This document shows, piece after piece, positions 58,595 to 64,000 of a DNA stretch of 64,000 bases. Under the pieces are notes generated by a model. It made no database searches. It was not told where the DNA came from and saw only the letters and a list, made by a program, of their open reading frames with translations. Location of the stretch: assembly GCA_963748215.1 (NCBI GenBank), contig CAVVHS010000006.1, positions 160,001 through 224,000 on the forward strand. Reading direction: 5' to 3'. Numbering within the stretch: the stretch's first letter is position 1; each line of letters starts with the position of its first letter. The DNA comes from an uncultured Gammaproteobacteria bacterium (lineage in GTDB: Bacteria > Pseudomonadota > Gammaproteobacteria > UBA9214). The translations under genes were made by a program, and so were the position numbers.

Positions 58595-61297
58595 CTAGTT
58601 GTGGAACACCGACTGCCGGGTGCCCGGTTCCTGGTCCAGGTACTTGTGAATGACCTGCTCAAGGCAATCGAGTTGCGCCTGTTCGGTGAGCGGCCGGTTG
58701 TCGAGGTCGGTGATGTAATAGACGTCTTCCGCGCGCGCGCCGAGCGTGGCGATCTTCGCGTTGAACAGCCGCACCTTGCAATCGGCGAAGGCGCGGCCGA
58801 CGCGTGACAGCAGGCCGGGCCGGTCTGCGGTGATCAGTGTCATCACGGTTCGCTGGTCGTACTCGTCGTGCTTGAAGTCGACATGCGTCAGGATGGGGAA
58901 ATGTTTGTACTGGCGTGGCATGCGCCGCGCCACGTGCCAGTTCTCGCTGTCACCATGGTCGATCTCGGCCAGCAATGCCGTGCGGATTTCCTCGATGCGG
59001 TGCAGCTCCACGACCGGCTCGCCCGATTCTTCCAGCACATGGTAGGTGTGCAGGCCGAAATTGTTCTTGGTGGTGATGATGCCGGCGTCCACCACGTTCA
59101 GGCCGACCTGGTCCAGTACCGCGGTGATGCGGCTGAACAGATCGTCGGTGGCCGTGGCGTAAATGAAGATTTCCGTGCCGCCGCGCTCGGTCAGCGGCTC
59201 TATGTCGACCAGGCTGCCGGTCGGGTCGTGTCGGTCCATGAGCAGACGGGTATGGTGCGCCACCTGCCACGGAATGTGGCGCAGGAAGTACTCATCGCCG
59301 AGCTGCTCCCAGACGGCCTCGTAGCCGGCGCAGTCCGTAGCCATCAGTTCCCGGGCGGCCTCCTGTATTTTCTGGATATGTTCCGAGCGTTCCATCGGGT
59401 CCTGCAGGCCGCGATGCAGGGCGCGGCGCGTGTTGTAATAGAGTTGCTTGAGCAAGGCATCCTTCCAGCTGTTCCACATGCCGGGATTGGTACCGCGGAT
59501 GTCGGCGACCGTCAGCAGGTAGAGATAGTCCAGGTGCATCGGGTCCCTGACCAGCTTCGCGAAGCGGTTGACGACAACCGGGTCGCTGATGTCCTGGCGC
59601 TGCGCGGTGGATGACATGATCAGGTGATTATCCACCAGCCAGGTGACCAGGCCGGCGTCATACGCGCTGAGGTCATGACGCAGGCAGAACTCGTGTGCAT
59701 CCTGCGCGCCCAGTTGCGAGTGATCGCCGCCGCGGCCCTTCGCGATGTCATGGAACAGGCCCGCCAGGTAGAGCAGTTCCGGCTTGGGGATGGTGGCAAC
59801 GATATGACTGCAGAGCGGGAATTCGAGCGCATATTTCTGCACGGTGAAACGGCGCAGGTTGCGAACCACGGTGAGGATGTGCTCGTCCACCGTGTAGATG
59901 TGGAACAGGTCGTACTGCATCAGGCCAACGATGTTGCCGAACACCGGCAGGTAATGGGCCAGCACGCCGTAGTTGTTCATGCGGTGCAGGGCCCGGGTGA
60001 CACCATGCGGCTGGCGCAGGATTTCCATGAACAGGCTGCGCGCACGAATGTCGTTGCGAAAGTCGTCGTCGATGACGTGCCGGTGTTCGCGGATGGAGCG
60101 GATAGTGTCGGCGCGCACGCCCTTCAGCTCCGGGTGCTGCTGCAGGATCAGGAATACCTCGAGCAGCGCATACGGATAGTGTTTGAATACGGTCGGGTAG
60201 GCGATTTCGAGGAAGCCGTGGCGTGACTGGAAACGCTTGTTGATCGCAAACGGCTGCCCGGGGCCTTCCGGGAACAGGATGTCCTCGTAGAACAGCTGCA
60301 GCAGCATTTCGTTGAGCCGGTTGAGCGTCATGATGGTGCGGTAGTACTGGCGCATGAACGCCTCGACGCCGAGCCGGTTCGCGTCGTTCTCGTAGCCGAA
60401 CTGATCGGCCAGCGTGCGCTGGTAATCGAACAGCAGGCGGTCCTCGCCGCGCCCGGTGAGCATGTGCAGCGCGAAGCGGATCTTCCACAGCTGCTCGCGG
60501 CCCTCGACCAGCGTGCGGTATTCCGCGGCGGTCAGGAAATTTCGATCGACGAGTTTCTCCAGCGAGTCGGTACCGAAATGCCGGTTCGCAACCCAGGCGA
60601 TCATCTGGATGTCGCGCAGTCCGCCGGGGCCTTCCTTGATATTGGGTTCGAGGTTGTAGGCCGTGTCATTGTACTTGAGATGGCGGATGCGCTGTTCCTC
60701 GCGCTTGGCCCGGAAGTAGTCGCTGCTGCTCCAGATCCGTTCGGGCTCGGTCGCGTCCTCCATCTCGAAAAACAGTTCCAGCGAGCCCGCCAGCCAGCGC
60801 GCCTCCATCAGGTTGGTGATCACGGTGATATCGGCGAGCGCCTGATCCACGCACTCGTCGACGCTGCGCACGCTGTGACCCACTTCCAGACCGATGTCCC
60901 AGAGGAAGGTGAGCAGTGACTCCAGCCGTGTGTTGAAGCGGTCGCCGGCATAATCCGGCAACAGCAGCAGCAGGTCGATGTCGGAGCCGGGCATCAGTTC
61001 GCTGCGCCCGTAACCGCCGACCGCGGCCAGGGCCAGCAGCTCCGACGCATCGTCCAGGTGCAGTTGCCAGGCATGCGCCAGCACCTGGTCGACCAGCCAC
61101 GAGCGTCCGAGCAGCAGGGTCTGGATGTCGCGTCCGGCGTCGAACTGCTGTTTGAGTGCGGTGCGGCCGTGATTCAGGCAGGTCTTGTAGGCACTGATCA
61201 GCGTCGCGCTGTTGTCGTAGCTGATGGCCAGTGGTGCCAGGTCGAACCACGACTCGAAGTCCTGGGGGTCAGCCGTGGCTGTGCGGTGAGCGGTCAT
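58595..61297 (-). CDS. glnD: [Protein-PII] uridylyltransferase / uridylyl-removing enzyme
   Basis: AVGGYGR.EL.PGSDID, EPNIKEGPGGLRD, HIYTVDEH, LFHDIAKGRGGDHS, ACT DRPGLL. Confidence 0.96.
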   Translation of the reverse strand: MTAHRTATADPQDFESWFDLAPLAISYDNSATLISAYKTCLNHGRTALKQQFDAGRDIQTLLLGRSWLVDQVLAHAWQLHLDDASELLALAAVGGYGRSELMPGSDIDLLLLLPDYAGDRFNTRLESLLTFLWDIGLEVGHSVRSVDECVDQALADITVITNLMEARWLAGSLELFFEMEDATEPERIWSSSDYFRAKREEQRIRHLKYNDTAYNLEPNIKEGPGGLRDIQMIAWVANRHFGTDSLEKLVDRNFLTAAEYRTLVEGREQLWKIRFALHMLTGRGEDRLLFDYQRTLADQFGYENDANRLGVEAFMRQYYRTIMTLNRLNEMLLQLFYEDILFPEGPGQPFAINKRFQSRHGFLEIAYPTVFKHYPYALLEVFLILQQHPELKGVRADTIRSIREHRHVIDDDFRNDIRARSLFMEILRQPHGVTRALHRMNNYGVLAHYLPVFGNIVGLMQYDLFHIYTVDEHILTVVRNLRRFTVQKYALEFPLCSHIVATIPKPELLYLAGLFHDIAKGRGGDHSQLGAQDAHEFCLRHDLSAYDAGLVTWLVDNHLIMSSTAQRQDISDPVVVNRFAKLVRDPMHLDYLYLLTVADIRGTNPGMWNSWKDALLKQLYYNTRRALHRGLQDPMERSEHIQKIQEAARELMATDCAGYEAVWEQLGDEYFLRHIPWQVAHHTRLLMDRHDPTGSLVDIEPLTERGGTEIFIYATATDDLFSRITAVLDQVGLNVVDAGIITTKNNFGLHTYHVLEESGEPVVELHRIEEIRTALLAEIDHGDSENWHVARRMPRQYKHFPILTHVDFKHDEYDQRTVMTLITADRPGLLSRVGRAFADCKVRLFNAKIATLGARAEDVYYITDLDNRPLTEQAQLDCLEQVIHKYLDQEPGTRQSVFHN

Positions 61298-61315
61298 TGC
61301 GGAAGTGACGGCTGC

Positions 61316-62000
61316 CTAGCCCGCATGTCTCACCGGGATCCCGGAGAAGGTGAGACCGCGTAGCGGTCGAGAGGCTGGCCTGGGCCATGCTGGTCGCTCC
61401 CGGCATCCTGCCTCCCGCGACACTTGTACATCCCTGTACATCGGCGCACGACTGCAGGGAGAAGGTGAGACCGGGTACCGGTCGAGAGGCTGGCCTGGGC
61501 CATGCAGGAGGTACGAGTCCATGGATGGACTCGGTAGAGCGAAGCAGGATGCCAGAGCCGAGAGCAATGCAGGGAGCAATTGCCGTGGCTCGCGTGTCCG
61601 GACGCCGCTCTGGAATGAAGGACCCGCTCGAGGCGCAGAGCAGGGGCCCCGGCGTAGCCGGGGATGCGACCGCCGGTGGGCGGAAGATCGCTTCGAATAC
61701 CACCGCGGGTCTTCGCTCCACCGGGGGTCAGATCCCCACCGCTGCGCGGCGGGGCCCCTCTTCCGCCCCTCGAAGCGATGCAGCCGTAGCTACCACTTGG
61801 GTGAACAGATCGCTCCCGACTTCCTGTCTCCCGCGACACTTGAACGTCCCTGTACATCGCAAATACGGGCGTGCGAGAACCAGACAGGGCCGGGATAGGC
61901 AGCGGCCACTGACACGGTGTTTGTTGACGAATGGCTATTAGCTTCATGATTTCAGCTCATTATGTCGGATTACAGCCGCCCGGTGAGTAATGCGGGCTAG
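61316..62000. mobile_element. Composite CTAG-ended MITE-like element with internal duplications and GGA hairpins
   Basis: Ends CTAGCCCGCATGTCTCACCGGG / CCCGGTGAGTAATGCGGGCTAG; internal modules duplicated (61343 and 61458; 61395 and 61811). Confidence 0.72.
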
Positions 62001-62764
62001 ATCTCGTCGCCGGGCAGGCAGGTCAGGACGTCGTGGCCCTCCGCCGTGACCAGGATGGTGTGCTCCCACTGCGCGGACAGGCTGTGGTCCTTGGTGACCA
62101 CGGTCCAGCCGTCCGGCAGCAGCCGTGTGTGGCGCTTGCCGGCGTTGACCATGGGTTCGATGGTGAAGGTCATGCCGGCTTCCAGGCGCAGGCCGGTGCC
62201 CGGTTTGCCGTAGTGCAGGACCTGCGGGTCCTCGTGGAATTCGCGACCGATGCCGTGGCCGCAGTACTCGCGCACGATGGAGCAGTGGTTGGACTCGGCA
62301 TGGGCCTGGATCGCGTGGCCGATATCGCCGAGCTGTACGCCGGGCCGGACCATGTCGATGCCGATGCGCATGCATTCGTGGCTGATACGCGCCAGGCGCT
62401 GCGCGGCCACGGAGGCTTCGCCGATGAAGAAAATCTTGCTGGTATCGCCGTGATAACCGTCCTTGATCACGGTGATGTCGATATTCAGCATGTCGCCCTT
62501 TTTGAGCTTCTTGTTGCCCGGGATGCCATGGCAGACGACATGGTTGATCGAGGTGCAGATCGACCTGGGGAAGCCGCGGTAATTGAGCGGGGCCGGGATG
62601 GCCTGCTGTTCGTTGACGATATAGTCGTGGCAGATGCGGTCCAGTTCCTCGGTGGTGATGCCGGGCTGCACGTGCGGCCTGATCATCTGCAGCACCTCGC
62701 CGGCGAGGTGGCCGGCGACGCGCATCTTCTCGATCTCGTCCGGTGTCTTGATGGTGACTGGCAT
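61997..62764 (-). CDS. map: Methionine aminopeptidase type I
   Basis: MPVTIKT, SICTSIN.VVCHGIP, DGYHGDTS, GHGIG, FTIEPM, SAQWEHT. Confidence 0.97.
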   Translation of the reverse strand: MPVTIKTPDEIEKMRVAGHLAGEVLQMIRPHVQPGITTEELDRICHDYIVNEQQAIPAPLNYRGFPRSICTSINHVVCHGIPGNKKLKKGDMLNIDITVIKDGYHGDTSKIFFIGEASVAAQRLARISHECMRIGIDMVRPGVQLGDIGHAIQAHAESNHCSIVREYCGHGIGREFHEDPQVLHYGKPGTGLRLEAGMTFTIEPMVNAGKRHTRLLPDGWTVVTKDHSLSAQWEHTILVTAEGHDVLTCLPGDEI

Positions 62765-62890
62765 CCAGGGTCCTGATTCGTTGGCGGAATTTCGAAAGGT
62801 CGGGTGGTGGGGCAGATTGCCGTGACATGGAGTGTATGGTATAAAGGCGGGCTTGTTAAGTGGCCTGATTTGGTGCCACTGAACAAAATT

Positions 62891-62982
62891 CACGCCTGTA
62901 CCGGCACATGCTGCAGGGTGCCCGGGGAGCCGCCAGTCGGTGCCGGGTTGCAGCCATTGGGGTGCAGGCAAGACCAACCCTG
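62891..62982 (+). ncRNA. rpsB leader (t44-like) RNA
   Basis: Structured 5' UTR of rpsB with CCGGCAC..GGGTGCC..TGGGG..AACCC pattern. Confidence 0.55.
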
Positions 62983-63000
62983 AAAACGGAGAAGTACACA

Positions 63001-63954
63001 ATGGCAGACGTTACCATGCGCCAGATGCTTGAAGCGGGCGTGCATTTTGGACACCAGACCCGCTACTGGAACCCGAAGATGGCCCCCTATATCTTCGGCG
63101 AGCGCGGCAAGATCCACATCATCAATCTCGAAAAGACCCTTCCTCTGTTCAACGATGCAATGAACTACCTGGGCAGCCTGGTCGCGAACGGCGGCACCGT
63201 GCTGTTCGTCGGCACCAAGCGTTCGGCCCAGACGACGATCGTGGAGAATGCGGTCCGCTGCGGCATGCCCTTCGTCAACCACCGCTGGCTGGGCGGCATG
63301 CTCACCAACTTCAAGACCGTGCGCCAGTCGATCAAGCGTCTGAAGGATCTCGAGACCATGTCCAGCGACGGCTCATTCGACAAGATCGGCAAGAAGGAAG
63401 CGCTCATGCTGACCCGCGAGCTGGAAAAGCTGGAGCGCAGCCTGGGCGGCATCAAGGACATGCGCGGCATACCCGATGCCATGTTCGTGGTCGATGTCGG
63501 CTACGAGAAGATCGCCATCACCGAGGCGAAGAAGCTGGGTATCCCGGTGGTCGGTGTGGTCGATACCAATAACTCCATCGACGGCATCGACTACGTCATT
63601 CCGGGCAATGATGACGCCATCCGCGCCGTCAAGCTCTATGTCGAGAGCGCCGCCAATGCGGTCACCACCGGCAAGCTGAGCGTGGCCCAGGCCGTGTCCG
63701 AGTCCACCGACGAGTTCGTCGAGCTGGATGAAGAGGGCGGCACTCGCCCGGCGCGCAAGAAAGCACGCACTGCCGCGCCGAAAAAGGCCAGCAAGGTGAC
63801 GGTAAAGAAGAAGGCGGCTGCCACGCCGGCGGCGGACGAGGAACCGGTTGCAGCCGAGACCCGAGACCGAGGTTGCACCGACCGGGGCCGACGCGACCGG
63901 CGAATGAGGCTCACGGGCGGCAAGGCACAGAACAGATCTGACAGAGGACTTTGA
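63001..63954 (+). CDS. rpsB: 30S ribosomal protein S2 (tail probably frameshifted; alternative stop at 63905-63907)
   Basis: [41 protein letters not shown]. Confidence 0.97.
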   Translation: MADVTMRQMLEAGVHFGHQTRYWNPKMAPYIFGERGKIHIINLEKTLPLFNDAMNYLGSLVANGGTVLFVGTKRSAQTTIVENAVRCGMPFVNHRWLGGMLTNFKTVRQSIKRLKDLETMSSDGSFDKIGKKEALMLTRELEKLERSLGGIKDMRGIPDAMFVVDVGYEKIAITEAKKLGIPVVGVVDTNNSIDGIDYVIPGNDDAIRAVKLYVESAANAVTTGKLSVAQAVSESTDEFVELDEEGGTRPARKKARTAAPKKASKVTVKKKAAATPAADEEPVAAETRDRGCTDRGRRDRRMRLTGGKAQNRSDRGL

Positions 63955-63955
63955 A

Positions 63956-64000
63956 ATGGCTATAACTGCAGCGCTGGTCAAGGAACTGCGCGAAAGAACG
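63956..64000 (+). CDS. tsf: Elongation factor Ts, N-terminus (runs off window)
   Basis: MAITAALVKELRERT after a GAGG RBS, downstream of rpsB. Confidence 0.93.
   Translation, partial: MAITAALVKELRERT

Noticed and set aside
61269-61947. ORFs inside the composite element as a possible transposase
   Set aside because: No DDE or HUH motifs; translations reflect internal repeats
1-64000. tRNA/rRNA genes
   Set aside because: No cloverleaf or rRNA-like sequence recognised in intergenic regions

Overview
GC-rich gammaproteobacterial chromosome segment; a Cys-less DsrC/TusE-like gene and the map-glnD-dap gene order suggest a Chromatiales-like sulfur oxidiser (inference). Left to right: (1) the 3' end of hemN and a malic enzyme. 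(2) A ~17 kb phosphate/polyphosphate locus: ppk1, a broken Ca/Na antiporter, a His-phosphatase divergent from an ATP-cone 2-phosphoglycerate-kinase-like gene, USP, Na/Pi cotransporter, CNNM/CorC, pstS-phoU::pseudo-phosphatase-pstC-pstA-pstB-pstB', USP and a PPK2-type polyP:AMP phosphotransferase. (3) An FNR-box-marked block with a Lon-like protease, class II RNR and an APH/AAA fusion. (4) A vWA-ECF sigma-anti-sigma/SPOR operon. (5) A SARP regulator-small protein-VPLPA-CTERM module followed by a 74-bp tandem array of terminator-like hairpins. (6) mrcB (frameshifted), yoaA, tsaB and a low-GC islet. (7) A TPAT/TRAP transporter coupled to dapC-dapD-yffB-dapE, then glnD, map, rpsB and the start of tsf. 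Intergenic regions hold REP/REPIN mosaics and nested palindromic MITE-like elements. The best candidates for undescribed biology are the polyP locus (complementarily degenerate PstB pair, PhoU-pseudophosphatase fusion, 2-PGK-like/phosphatase pair) and the SARP/VPLPA-CTERM/hairpin-array module. All family assignments come from motif recognition by eye; no database searches were run.
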